A stretch of 64,000 bases of DNA from Paragordius varius (Eukaryota; Animalia; Nematomorpha), in assembly GCA_964247055.1 (NCBI GenBank), contig OZ176055.1, positions 62,001 through 126,000 on the forward strand. Direction: 5' to 3'. The translations under genes and the position numbers were made by a program. Of this stretch, positions 1-14,400 are shown in pieces. How positions within the stretch are numbered: the stretch's first letter is position 1; every line of letters starts with the position of its first letter. The notes beneath the pieces were generated by a model, which was given only the letters and a program-made list of their open reading frames with translations, made no database searches and had not been told where the DNA came from.

Positions 1-1386
1 ATCTTTCAGAAAATGATCTTTTTTCTGAAGTATCATTAGTTAAAAGATATATTAATAATGAAAAACTTAAATTATGGACAAAAGAAAATATACAGTAGAA
101 AAGAAATAGTTGGAAATATTTCATCATTTTGAAGCCAACTATATTACATACAATAATATTTTAAAAATTGTGGAATTCGCACTATCTTTACCTGGAACCA
201 ACGCTGCTACTGAGCGCGTTTTTTCCACAGTAAATCAGGTGTGGACATCGGAAAAATCAAATTTAAATGTTGAAACTTTAAAGGCCGTTTTATCTGTCCA
301 ATATAATTTGACAAATTCTTGTGAAGACTTCTACAATATTTTAAAAAATGATGACAATCTGCTAAAACGCATTCACTCAAACAAAAAATATACCAAAGAA
401 TAAAATATTTTCTTTAAAGTTTTTGTGTAAAAAAATAAACGAAATCACGTAAAATATTGTATAAGTCTTCATAATTTGTCAAATTATATTTGAACACACA
501 AAATGGCTTTTATTCAATATTTAAATTTGATTCCATGTCCTTACTTAATTTACTGTGGAAAAACGCGTTCAATAGCAGTGGTTCATGTAAAGATAATGCA
601 AATTCTACAATTAAAATATTATTGTATGAAACATAATTTGTTTAAAAATAATTATTTTAACCATTTCTATCCTACGTATTTTTTTCTGTTGTCCACAATA
701 TAAATTTTCATTCAATATATTTATTTAATAATGAGACTTCATCAAAAAGTGTCATTGTGCACCGTCTTGTCTTCCAAATAATCGTTTCTGTTTGTATAAA
801 ACATTTTTATATTCTGGCTATTCATTGAGCCTTGTTTTTCTGGATGCTTTATAATATTGCGATTAGGTAATGGTATAAAATTATTTTCTAACCTTTTTTA
901 ACTTGGAATTTCGACCTTTGTCCTGTGATAAAAAATAGGATTCTAGGAGATCACATTTTTATATACAATATTCAAGCATTTTAACATATAAATTTTCCAC
1001 ATCCAGGGGTAACAAATCAGTAGCTGTTTAAACGTTGTGTATCTGCCAATAATGTTTTGATTTAGATTATTCGCTAAATTGTTAAAAATATTTTTATGCC
1101 GCTTCTTGCATCACCCAGCGCACTTTGTGATGATTTCGTCTTTATTATTTTTTTCTAGAATATTAAAATCACTTCACCCTTTGTTCGTGCACATGGAAAT
1201 TTATTGAATAAGGTACAAACAACCTGTGAGGTACAAATTTTTTTATATTTATAATGAATTTGTGTTAAAAATAAATAAATATTGTAATAAATTTTTTGTA
1301 TAAAAATTTTTGGTTGTACCCCCCAATGACCCACCCCCTTCTCAGATTTGTCCCGCTTTTTCCTTCAAAAAATCTGGTCACCTTAA
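1..1386 (+). mobile_element. hAT DNA transposon 3' remnant: degenerate transposase C-terminus plus right TIR
   Basis: ORF 110-403 carries a hAT dimerisation-type motif (ALSLPGTNAATERVFS...KSNL...LKAVL). The upstream part (3-110) is broken by a frameshift and a TAG. A right-end TIR-like sequence AAATCTGGTCACCTTAA at ~1370-1386 (rc TTAAGGTGACCAGATTT) resembles hAT/Tip100-type ends. Probably lies in a DIP2 intron. Confidence 0.8.
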
Positions 1387-1444
1387 GTATATATAACATC
1401 TAGTAATATTCATGGTTACAATCAAATTTTTTCGATTTTTTTAG

Positions 1445-4400
1445 AGAAAAAATGTATTACTCAAAACGACTATCCACATGAATTGTATGATGGAAAAGAA
1501 AAGCAAGAGCCATATGCTCAAGGTTCCCAATCTCATTCAAGAAGCATCAATCAAAAAATGAAATGTGAGGAAAATAATTCGCCATCAAAACAAAATTCTA
1601 AACAAACGCTTTCTTCTTTTGAAGGTTAGATTGAAAATGAAATGAAATTTTTAAATTATGAATTATAAATTAATGATATTTATTGACTGGGTTTTAGTTC
1701 CATACAAGTTAAGATGGGTTTCCATTAAACGACCAATTTTCAGTTAACAGTATCATGTTGATTAGTTTGTCATAAAACGCTCTATTTTAATTATATCCTT
1801 TATAAAAATAAATTCGAAAAGTATATACATATAGGGACTGCATACGACAAAGTATGATCACATTCTTTAAGATTTATTAACGTGATTTTATAACCATATA
1901 TTCAGTTTTTTAAGCTAAATAATTATAATTGCTTTCAGATCTTCACGGTACAGTAGGCTCATTCAACAATGGATATTAGCCCTTCAAATAAGCCTTTTTT
2001 CGTCCTAGGGGCTACTTAAGTCCCAATATATCGTGTGTTTGATCTAACTTTTTTTTTCAATTATAAAAATGAAATTTTCTTTGTGGTGCCAATTATAGTA
2101 GAGTCACATTTATAAAAGCTCCTAAACTCTATCCACAAGATCCAATAAATATTCTGTGAACCGATTTTTCGGTTAAATCACATTTAGTCATTAATGATTT
2201 ATGTTATAGCCCTTATAAAGTCAATTGAGCGCTTAAAATTAAAGTTTTGAATAGAATTTCCTAGTGACATACTCTTCAAAAATATGGTTGTTTAATAAAA
2301 TTATACTAGGCTTCGATATTTTATTTCGATTTCACTTACAAATATAAATTGAATTTAGTTTGTAAAGAACCTCTTACGAAGAAAATTTCCAAGAAAAAGG
2401 GTCAGACCCCCAATTTTTGTCAAGTTGCTTTCATTCCGGCACCTCATAAAAGAAATTTCTCAAATGATTTATCTAAAACTACAACATCAACAACTAATTC
2501 TAAAGATGTTGGAAATATTAAAATAAGTCTCAATGAACCCAAACAAACGCCTACTGTGCCAAAAAATATTCAAGCAGAAACGATAAAATCTCACGATAAA
2601 GGTAATCCTTAAAATTTTAAAAATATTATAAAATTGTTTTATATTTATATCCTATTTAACCATTTTCAATAGAAATTACCCGTTCTTCCACAAACTTTGA
2701 AAAAGTTGATACATCCGATAAGTAATTTTATTTATATTTTTTTAATTTAGAAAAATTGGGGATTATAATAAAATTTATTGATTTAGGATATCTGAGGGGG
2801 TCACCACCAGTCTTTCAAGCAATTCTGAGAAAAATTCACCAATTTTACTTGGATATTCAAATACGAAAGAAAAAACTGTAAATTTTATATTTTTTTAGAT
2901 TTAATCGGGTTTTTTATGTTTTATAGAAATTTTTATATGTAATTAAATATTTTAGTTCCCAAAGGAAGCGAAAATAGAGATTGGCGAAAAACCAAAGCCC
3001 AAATTTTATTTTAATGGAACGAATGAAAATATGAATGGTAGATTTCATTTTTTTAGATTATTTTAAAAATTAATGAATTAAAAACCAGACTTTAAATGCA
3101 AATTGTGTAATGGTAATATTTACAGTAAAATTGAAATTATACGGAAAAATCTGGAAAATCAAAAACAACTGTTTTTCCTAAGACGACCATACTTTTTTAA
3201 ACCTTAATTTTATCCTATATTAGCTATTTAAATGATTGCTTTAGTAATATATCTCTATTTCACAATTTGCAGTTTAAAATAATGAGTGATATTTAACAAA
3301 TCTAGATTTGAAAAGTATGGTTACCTTTTGAAAATCTTTAAGTCCTTATACCTTTACGTTTCGTTCGTTTAGTTTAATTTTTTCTGTGATTAAATTTTCC
3401 AGAGAATCGCAAAAGACATGTCACCCCAAGAATATCGGCAAAAATTCAACAATTATTAAACACTCTTAAAGTATAATTTAATCAATTTCTTATTACCTTT
3501 ATTTTTTTAATTGTTAATATACCATTTACAATTCAATTTCACCCTTAAACAATTCAAATTCACCCTTGAACAATTCAAATTCACCCTCGAACAATTCAAA
3601 TTCACCCTCAAATAAAATATATGTTTTTGAAGATTAAAAATTATTTATATTTTATAAATTTTCAAAAATAAAAAATTTGTTTTGGATTAAAATAATACTG
3701 AAAAAAATAATAAACTATACCATAAACATATATTTCATAATAATTATGAATTATATTAGTTCGAAAACACATAATTTATTTTTAAAGGTGAATTTGAATT
3801 GTTCAAGGGTGAATTTGAACTGTAAATGGTATATAAATTATGCGCGTTTTTTTTGCGTTGCAGAAAATAGAAAAGAAGCAAGCCATTGATTTTTACAAAG
3901 AAGATCAATTCATTCTTGAAGGCCATTTTGGTAAATTTTGATAAAATTATCATTTCATTTTATTTCATAGATCCTGAAATAGGAAATAAACCCAAAAGCA
4001 GCGAAGGACCAATGGAACCTCTCTGGGGACCCCAGAAAGTTTATTTCCTTAAAAAATATTTGTTATACAGTCAGACTCCTTTTTGTACGAATTAATTTTG
4101 TTTTTTTTTGTAGATTTTCTTTCTTTTTGTTAATTTAGATATAAATAAATAATTTGAAGTTGTTTTTTTGCGCCTGGACAAAACTAATTTATAGGATTAT
4201 AACGATTTTTTAAACAATATAAATAAAAAGAAAATAATATATATTATGGACATCCACATTTTCTCTAAAATCAATTTAATTCATAAAATATTTAGCATAT
4301 ACAGTTTATTGATGTTTTATTAACCTTCATCATAATATTAATAAATTTTATTGAAAAAAAATTTTTTTAACTAAAAAAAATATATTTAACATAATCAAAC

Positions 4401-5409
4401 AGGTATTTTCATCACAATCAGTCAGTTTAACAAGTATGTTACATCATTGGGGAACGACTGCCCCCAAATGGCCCGCTATATCTGTCCTTGAGGCGTCTGA
4501 AAAAACGTGTCTAACACTAACATATGGTAAAGTTTTTTCCTTAAAAATATATGATAATTTTTAGTTAAAAAATAAGTTTTTTTTCCTTTTTACAGTAAAA
4601 ATTGTAAATTTGTTAGAGGCAAATCAATCTTTATAAATCTTTATTTTTTTGATCCGTAATTTTGCCATAAATCGCTTAGGATTATGTGGAATATATAATT
4701 GATGTGTTAGCAATTTACATCTCTATTCCTTATTTCGCCCATCAAAAAACGATATGTTATATGAAATCATGTTTTATTATATGAATATTAGTCTTTTACC
4801 TTTGATAATTATTTTTATTAAACTATATAGGGAAATTATTGAAACACGCTATCAAAATCGCATATAACCTTAAAACTACTTGGCGGTCTAATTCTTCTAT
4901 GTCCTCCTATGATGATGAAACTGGAGGAACTCCTATCAACGCGACAACACCTCCTGAAAAGGTATTTAAATCCTCTTTTCTCAAAAATTGCATTTAATTT
5001 ACTGTGGTCATTTATTAACATTTAAACCAAACTAATTGGTTCTTACTAATTTGCATTTTTCTGATTTTTATAAGTTATAATTGTTTAAAAAGTAAAAAAT
5101 GGAAAAACAAAAAAATGAAATTTAATTATTATTTTATTTCACATATTATTTGGAGAATATTAATAAATTTTACATATTTAAATTTGATTTTATATATATT
5201 AGATCGGACTAATTTATCCGAATTCGAATCCGATTGCCTTCCTTAGTGCTTTCTATGGCGTGCTTTTGGCTGGTATGATTCCTGTACCCCTGGAAATACC
5301 TCTTTCCAAAAAAGTTATTTATATTTTGCATGTCTAAAATAGATTTGTAACTAAAAATGCAATTTTTTTTTAAATTTATTTTACAAAATGAATAATTTAA
5401 AAAATTTTG

Positions 5410-5448
<39 letters not shown>

Positions 5449-8400
5449 AAGCCCGGCCTAAACCATAATATCTAATTTATTAATCATTGCCATTTACACT
5501 GCAAATTCACCCTCGAACAATTCAACACCCTTAAATAATTCAAAATCACCCTCGAACAATACTTAAATCCACCCTAAAATAAATTGTATTTTACTATATT
5601 TTTAAAAAATAAAATTTTGTTTGTAATTAATATAATAATAAACTAAACCATAAAGATATATTTCTTAATATTGTATTATATTAACCCGAAAACAAATAAT
5701 TTATTTTTCGGGTGAATTTGAATTGTTTAAGGGTGATGTTCAAGGTGAATTTGAATTGTTCAAGGGATTGTAAATGGTATAAAACCAAAATAACATAGCA
5801 TTCGATAATATGAAAATATATAAAATTAACCTCTCAACTAATATTTTTATGTTTTACAATGTACTCGAATATAAGATACAATTTGGATTCACTCGCAATG
5901 ATATCATAGAGTCTGGGCAATTAATGTTTAAATAAACCTTACAATGTTGGGATGTTCTAATTCTTTAAGTATAGATATTTCTCTGATGGCAGTACTGGGA
6001 ACACCTTCACATTCACTACAAAAATTAGGTTAACAAAACAATACCTATCTATTCTAATTTTTTTGATTGCCACATAGTTATCCGTTTTTTTATTTTTAGC
6101 TTTATACACTATGCCGTAGGTTCCTTCGCCTATTTTATCAAAATGTTCAAAATTTTCCATTAAAACCGATATAATATAAAATGTTATATTAAAGCCATAT
6201 CTGTCATATTCGTAAAACAGACGAATTTTATTTTTGGTATTCAAAATTCGCGCAATTCAAAAACCATATTATCGTATGATGTGATGATATATCACATCCA
6301 TAAAATAAGCCATATGATAAAATCTTAGAAGTTAAGTTTTACGAGGTAAAAATAATTAATATCCAGATAAAATATACATATTGTGACAGAAAGTTTATAG
6401 GGATTATCATGGTTCTTTTGGATTTTGTACTTACAAATATTTAAGAATATTATTTACATTTTTATTGTAGCTGCCCCATATCAGATAATGGCAAAATTTG
6501 CGCATATTTTATAATAAATTTTTTTGGTGAAAGCTAAATGCTTCATTCCAAAAAAATGAAATATATAATAAACTGTATATAAAAGGCATATGATATTTTA
6601 AAATTTTTTGATATTTATATGTGGGCTCCGAAAGTCTTAATTTCTTTCGCCCTTCTAAAATGGGCTAGTTCTCCTAAAACAAAGGCAATATTGTCAAAAT
6701 ATCGTGATAAAAAAATTTTAATATAAAGTATTTCAAAAAATTGATATTTTGTTTAAATAATATAATTAGTATTTTAATGAAGCGAGTTTTAAAGTATTTC
6801 AAAGCATGGTGGAAACGGTTAAGTTATAACATCTTCTATAAAATTCAATTCATAACATATCTATCACCGAATTAAAATTTAAAAACTCGTTTGCTTTAAA
6901 ATTTGTCAGAATTATAAAAAACAATCTATATTAAGCAAAAACTTCACAAAGAACATTTTTGATCAAATTTAGAGGTAATTGAAATGTTTATCATCGTCGT
7001 ATTATGTAAGAGAATATTTTTTAATCTTAACGCGTTTTAAGACCGTTTCCATCATGAAAACGTTTCAATAAAATTTTTCTAAAAACAAAATTTTGGAAAT
7101 TATGCATTGCAAAATATAATGCCATAATCTTGTTTTACAAAAAAAAGTTATCGCAAAATCGGTTTCCTACTTTAAGGCTTACATTAGAAGGGCGAAAAAA
7201 TTCAGACTTTCGAAACCATCATCTAGAATTCTATCGAAAAATATTATTTCGCCTTTAATTATAGTATATGATATATTATGATATTTTTTGGAATAACGCA
7301 TTTTTTTAAAAAAAAAACATTCAACAACTATTTTTTATGGCCCCTCCAATTTACACGCAGCGTATGATATCCAAAAAATAATATTAAAAATTACTTTATT
7401 TTTTACTAAAAGAAATGCACTTCATATTTGTTGTAGATAGACATCATTATAAATAATTCGATAATGCTGAAAATTTTATCAGCTTAAAAATTCATTAAAT
7501 ATACTTGCTTATAAATTTTAGAGAAGTTTTGCAAAATACACAGCCTAAGTATTTGGTTAAATTTTAGTTGTGTTTTTCAATTTGAGGACAGCCCATTTTT
7601 AACACTTCGATTTAAATTGAGTTCCTAACTACCCCAAACTAAATTTAAGTTAGTATTTCTTTAAAACTATTGAAGAAAACGGTCTTAATTCAAATTTATA
7701 TTTCCTGCTACTAATAATTAAATAAATATGCCAAAATATCTAAATATTTTGTTGTTAAAAAAAGTTCTAACTACTTCGACGCCATTTATTTTACAAATTT
7801 TTTTGCAAAATATCGTCTCCTATAATTTAAAGTGAAAATTTGTGGCTTATTTTTTATTTAAATTACATCTAACATTGATGGATAGAAAAAGCGGTTTATT
7901 TTGTATTATTTTCAATTTTACCATTGCACACATATCACGTTTACTAAATTTTTACCTTTCGGGTTTTACCTTAAAATAAGTAATATAAAGAATTAAATTA
8001 AAATTTTTATATATTTCCGTTTATTAATGTTATATAAGTGCAAAATTTTGCCATAGTTTCACTTCCTTCTATATTTTTAAATTTACCCTAAATTTAATCG
8101 AAGGACTAAAATGAATGTTTTGTATCCAAGCGTTAAATCAAAAATCAGGCTAAAAATGCTTTTATAATAACTTGAAATTTTTTATGCGTTTTCATCATGC
8201 TTTAAATTATCATTAAAGTTTCTTGTCGAAATTTCAGTCACACATTGAAAATTCTTATGGCAAATTTTTGGACTAACTTATTTCAGAGGAGGCCAAAAAC
8301 TTGAGCTTTGAGGCCACATCTAAAATTTAAATTTTTTTATTAATGTTTTATTTTTTAGATTTATTCATTTAGCTTCCACCAAAAAAATATTATTAAATAA

Positions 8401-11400
8401 AATGTGTATTAATTTTGCCATTTATGAGATGGAGCCACAAAAGTTAAATAAGTTTCTTATATCACTAGTAAGGCCCAAAACCAATATCATTATGGAAATT
8501 CTGATACATATATCTATCAGATTATATATTTTATTAGGATATTTTCATGTATTCCAGCATCTAAAATTTATTATCGCCAAATCTAGCCATTTTGCATTAA
8601 TTACGAAAAAATAGCCCATTTTAGATATATCCAAAAGTATGAGATTTTTGGATATAGAGGCATAGCGGAAACGATATAAAAACGCTTTGAGATATTTTAA
8701 AGCCATTTTTTACAATTAATGATGCTTAACATTCTATCATATAAGTTTGGTTAAAAAATTGGTATTTAAATTTAAATTAAATATTACTTGTGTTTTACAA
8801 AAGATCCAAATAAAAAATATTAAAACAATAGAAATTTTTAGGATTATTCTATTTTATAAAAACTATGTATTAAAATAATAATGATTTTATATCTTTTCAC
8901 CATGACAAAATAAGAACACTTTTTCAGGCATTTAGTCTATATTTATATTTTTTTTATCCTGCGATCTGGGCATATTAGTTTAGTTTTAGGCATACAAGCC
9001 CAATATAGAGAGGTCTAAAAAAACTAACCTTTCAATGAAACACAATATAAATACAATATTTTTGGAATGTAACATTTGGCTTTCACCTATTTGATTTTCA
9101 AACCATGTATATACGCCTTACTTAACCATATTGAAATGTATAAATGGTATTTTCCCTATTTAACAGCTCAGAAGGGGTTTTTATTAGTACACAGCGATTA
9201 TTTTTTTGTTACTAATAATAGCATTAGGTCAAACTTTACCATTTTACCAATTAAAATTATTTTATAAATCATTAATATTTTTAATTTATTTATTTTGATC
9301 AATTCGATTTGTTTGAACTTAAGATGGCCTGCCTTTGCTTATCTTCCAAAATATATAATTTTAATCAAAACATGTTTTTAACTATATTACTAGAATTGAT
9401 AATTATTATCAAAAATGGAATTTTTCTTGGTATGATACATGAAAAATATTTTTTCAAATAAATTTTTTGTGAAAATTGTAATTGTTACTCTGTTAGATCC
9501 CATGTTAGAAAAATTTGCACCCAGACGCCATCGTTCAAATTCGCTAAATCAAAACGATTTGTGCAATATCCAATCTGGAAATTTCCACAATTTATCCAGT
9601 TTTTATCCAAGGTTAAACACTATAAACCAGGGGTGTCCAACGCACGGCCTTTCAAAAAGTTTTTGCAGCCCGTGAGAATTGTTAAAAAAATAATTTTACG
9701 AAATCTAAGCATAATTTTCATAAACAAATTTTCTGAATAAATCCTCCCGAATTTCGGCATAGCAAAAAATAGATAAATAGTAGTTTTTACAGTTTTATGT
9801 TAATAATCTAAAAAAATATTTGTTAATGCCTATATATTTTGCGAATACAGCCCGCGGTTTTTTTTATCCAAAAGTGCGGCCCACGAATCCATTTGTGTTG
9901 GACATTCCTGTTTTGACAATAATCTTTTTTTAAATTATGTTTATCTAGATTTTATGATAAAAAGAAATTCACCCTTTCAATTAAATATAAAAAAGGGGAA
10001 AGTACAGTTAATTACAACAGTTATTCGCTTTATTGTTTTTTGTTTCATATTAGCAGTGGATTGATGCTATATTTAGTGATAAAATAAATTTTCAGATCGA
10101 TAGAATACTTCATGATGAATATTTTAATTAAATAAATAATATATTTCAACTAAATAACTTTGATTTCAAGCAATACGGTATAAGAATTAAGTTTTTTTTA
10201 TCTTGTTGAATAAAAATAAAGTTTGATCAAAGTAATAAATAAACAATAAGAACAGAAACGATTCCATTTTTGCAATGAGAATCCCAGACATTATACTATT
10301 TAGCTTATAAAATCTCTTAACCTTATTAAGTCTCAAAAATGCGTCTAGGTTTAAAGAAATTTAGACAAAGCGTAAAAATATAAAGACAAATATTTTTTTT
10401 AAAAACAATCCAATACTACCAATATCCATCTTTATTTCATACTTGCGGTTAAAACAATGAATATTAAAAAAATTGAGTGAAAAAGATGTGGTCTTTTGGA
10501 AAAAAATATTTGTCTTTATGTTTTTAGCCTGTTGTTGCTTTTGTTTCATGGTTAAATCTTTATTAATTATGAAATATACTTTAAATGATAGGCACAAATT
10601 TAACCATTTATTATATCTAAAACTTGAGCACGGATCCGTGATAGGCGTTATTCCTTATGTCCTTTCTCGTAAAAGAACAACTTCTATACACACGGAGCTG
10701 TGGATGGATTTAAATGGCTTAACTCAAACAGATTTGATCTTTTTATATGAAACTGGGTCCCAAGTATTTTACATATACATATATATATTACAGTAAATTT
10801 TGAAATTATATGGACAAGGATTTTTAAAAACCACTATACTTTTTTCAAATTGATTTATTTGGATGTAACTCATTCTTTTAGATTGCAAAGTTTTAAATAG
10901 AGATGTATATCGTTATTACAATCAATTATATCGCTTTGTATATATATATCCAATAGGCTTATATTGAGTTAAAACAGCCCATAGATATTCCACATTTATG
11001 TCACCAAATGTCAAAAAATAAAAGTTCATCCATTTGTTGGCAATTGTATTTGAATGAAGTACGAACTTTGTTTCCTGAAGACTATATAAAAGTATCTAAT
11101 TTATTACATATTGGACCCTGTTTTAATCCGTTTTTTATTACGAACTATTATCACAGCAATAAATTAACAACCTGGGCTAAAAACGGTTTCGATACTTATC
11201 TCTGGTTTAAAATATACACATAAAAGTTTCATATGATATTCAAAATTTAGATAATCGTGATGATCGATAAATATGGCACAAATCTATTTTTGCTGTACGA
11301 AGAGGAATCCACCTTGAATGCAACATTTTTTCAAATTCCGATTCCAATTAAACCCAATGCATCGCTCGCCCATTTATACTATAAAACAGAGTTTGCTGAA

Positions 11401-14400
11401 ACAACTGACCTTGAGAATTATAATATTGTCAAAAATGTAAATATTATCTTGAAAAATTGTAGAGAAGACAAAACATCAGAATCCGGTATACTTTAATTGC
11501 ATAAAATTTATAATTATTTATATTTATTTAATATATTTATATAGGTGTTGATTATACGAAATTCCTTGGGAAAGGTTTTATTTTTCAATATTACTTATTT
11601 TTGCAATCAACTCACTTATTGTTTAATTTATTTTTACAGATGTCATACTTTATGTCAATGATTTCATTTGTTGCAGTTTAAGACCTGGCATTTACAATTA
11701 TGAACTGCAAAATACTGTGCACAGGTAAAACTAAAATCGAAAAAATGTAAAAATTGGTTTCATAATAAAAAGTAAAAATACATGTAAAATTAGTAATTAT
11801 CTAACGGTAAAAATCACAACAAGTCTTAGAATCACTTTAAGTAACTCATTATGAGATAAGGCAAAATAAGGTAACTTTGTAGAAATGTTTATGTTAATTA
11901 AATTAGGTATCCACAGTTTCATAAAAGCTTGTGGCCCTCTTCTTCGTGTGCCCGAGTCAACTTAATAGGGGCTGTATATTATAAAAATTCATTTATATAT
12001 ATAGGCCATTGGTTTATATTTTTTAATTGATAATTTCTTTGATCTTTATTCGAAAAATAATAATGCTAGATTGATGTTACAATTTATTTGCCTAAAAACT
12101 TTATAGAGCAAATCAAATAACTTATTTGTAAACATAAAACATTACCTACCGGTACATTTTATATTTAGAAATGTTCCACTGGTTTCCAATAAAAACGTGT
12201 TATATGCCCAATACATAAATGCCAAAACAACAGATTTAAAAGATGATACTTTAACTCTGACTTTGTTTAACTTTGTTCCACAAAATGTCAATTTTAGAAT
12301 CAAATCAAACGTGAGTTTTCTTATACATTTTTTCCATATTTACTATCGTAAGTTTAATAATAATGTATTATATTATTATCATTTAGCTTTCGTTGACTAT
12401 CAGGTCCAATTTTGCCCCAACAATTTATGCAGTTACTCTTACAGATTTTAAACCTTATGCCATACATTTGAATCTAGGGGTTTAGTTTTACATATAAATT
12501 ACAAAACCACACGTTATGTAAAAACTTTTTTTACACATATCAAAAAAATTTACATGTGTTTTTGTTGAGATATGAAACATTAAACAAATGGAAACAGCTG
12601 AAGTTAAAAAAAATAAAAAAAAACTGTGTTGTCGTTTTGCTAAATTTAAACATGTTAAAATCCAAAAAGAACCGGTTATCAAAAATGTTTTTTTAAATGG
12701 CCATAAATGTATAATTACTATTGTATATAATCATATAAAAAACATTTTATCTCATCACGTAAGCTTTTTAATGGATATTTATTTTAAAGCTTTCAATTAT
12801 TTATGTTCAAATTATTTAAGCACCAGGTAAATCTGTACTCCTAAAAATATTATTAGTTTTAAAAACCTTATTTAAATATTTTTAGATAATTTTACCATAT
12901 TAAAATTTAACAAAACCACAAAAAACGGTTTTATTAACTTTAATTTTTTTAAACTACTTCAACTTGTTTTTTGGTTCTTTGATGATTCTGTATTTAAATG
13001 ACATGAATCTATCCAAAAAATTGAATCTTATAAAACTCACAAAAGGTATTCCCAAATTTGAAACACTATGTATATACTATTATATTTTAGATTGGTATTA
13101 TTGAACAACAGAATGGCGTGATAAAAATTCCAAATGTGACAAAACAGAGAAATTCTCTCATCACAAAAATAATATTTTACAAAAGCAGGAAAGATGATAC
13201 CTTTGTTAACGCTTTCCAAATTCGTCCAACAACCCTAACCATATTGAAAGCCCCCATTTTTAATTGTCATAATCTATGTCATGATTATTAAAACTTAACT
13301 GCGAAATAAATACAGCTAGCGGTTTTATAATGAATTTGATCTTTTTAATCTCCTTTTATTAGAAATTAAAATATTAGGTATGTTTTGAATTGAATAAATA
13401 TTTTATCTTCAACGATACATTAAAATACAATCAGCCATTATACCTCTTTAATTCCAATGTTATAATGAGAAAAAATTTTTAGGCATACCAAAAAAATTTG
13501 ATTAAATCTGATGTAAAAATATAATTTTTGATTAATTTAACGGTTTTGCGCATCACACGTATAAAATTTTGCTTCAAATTCAGAAAGAATGCAATTTAAT
13601 AAAAAACATTTAACTAGAAAGTCTCCCCTAAAAATAAGGATATTTAAGGACATTTTTTTTTCATTGTTTAAAGTTCCTGGAAAATATGATTTATATTTAT
13701 TTATTATAATTTTAATACATTAATATTTTTACATAGATTAAACAAATTGAAAAATAATTTTCCATGTTATAGTAATCATTTATATTTTTTTATGCTAAAA
13801 ATTAATGTCGAGAGATTTACGGTGACTTACGTCGGCGACAAGATAGAGTCAGTCGCTTTTTCATACTTTTTTAGTATTATTCATAACAAAACGAATAAAA
13901 TATTCTGAAAATTTAGATATAAATTACAATTTTTTATCATATAATTTGACATAAAAATGGGCGAATATCTTTGTTAAAATGCAATATTTTAAAAATGATT
14001 AAGACATCTTTTGTGTCACCTTCATTCAATGCTCCAGGTAAGAAAACGACAGCCAGCACTAAACAAACAAATATTGTAATATTACATTTTCTCCCAGTAA
14101 TGTATTTTACATAATTATTATTATATGATATATTATAAAAATAAATGAAACTCAACTTTTTAGGTTGTTTCGGTTAATAGTAAAAAGTTATGATATGTTG
14201 AATTATTATTGATTAAAAATACCCAGAGAAATGATTATTCTTTGAGTAAGTAACAGACTGTTAGGAGTCTCACAAAGATTATTTACGCATCTTTCTTCCC
14301 AAATAACGTCAAAAGTCTTAAAATAAGCCTAATTAAAAGAAATAACGGTAATCAGATATTGTGTGGAAAAAATTGGTTATTTATGAGTTTCCATAATTAT

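Noticed and set aside
1698-1947. Possible DIP2 micro-exons at 1698-1742 and 1939-1947
   Set aside because: Phase-compatible but without recognisable homology, and not required because 1624 splices in frame to 2359.
3922-3970. Possible GC-AG intron in DIP2
   Set aside because: A canonical GT donor at 3931 keeps the same phase and gives a 40-nt intron, within the size range seen here.
10361-10597. Short hydrophobic or Lys-rich ORFs in AT-rich DNA (e.g. 10361-10597, 17326-17590, 45040-45288, 60789-60900)
   Set aside because: They overlap MITE arms and show no protein motifs.
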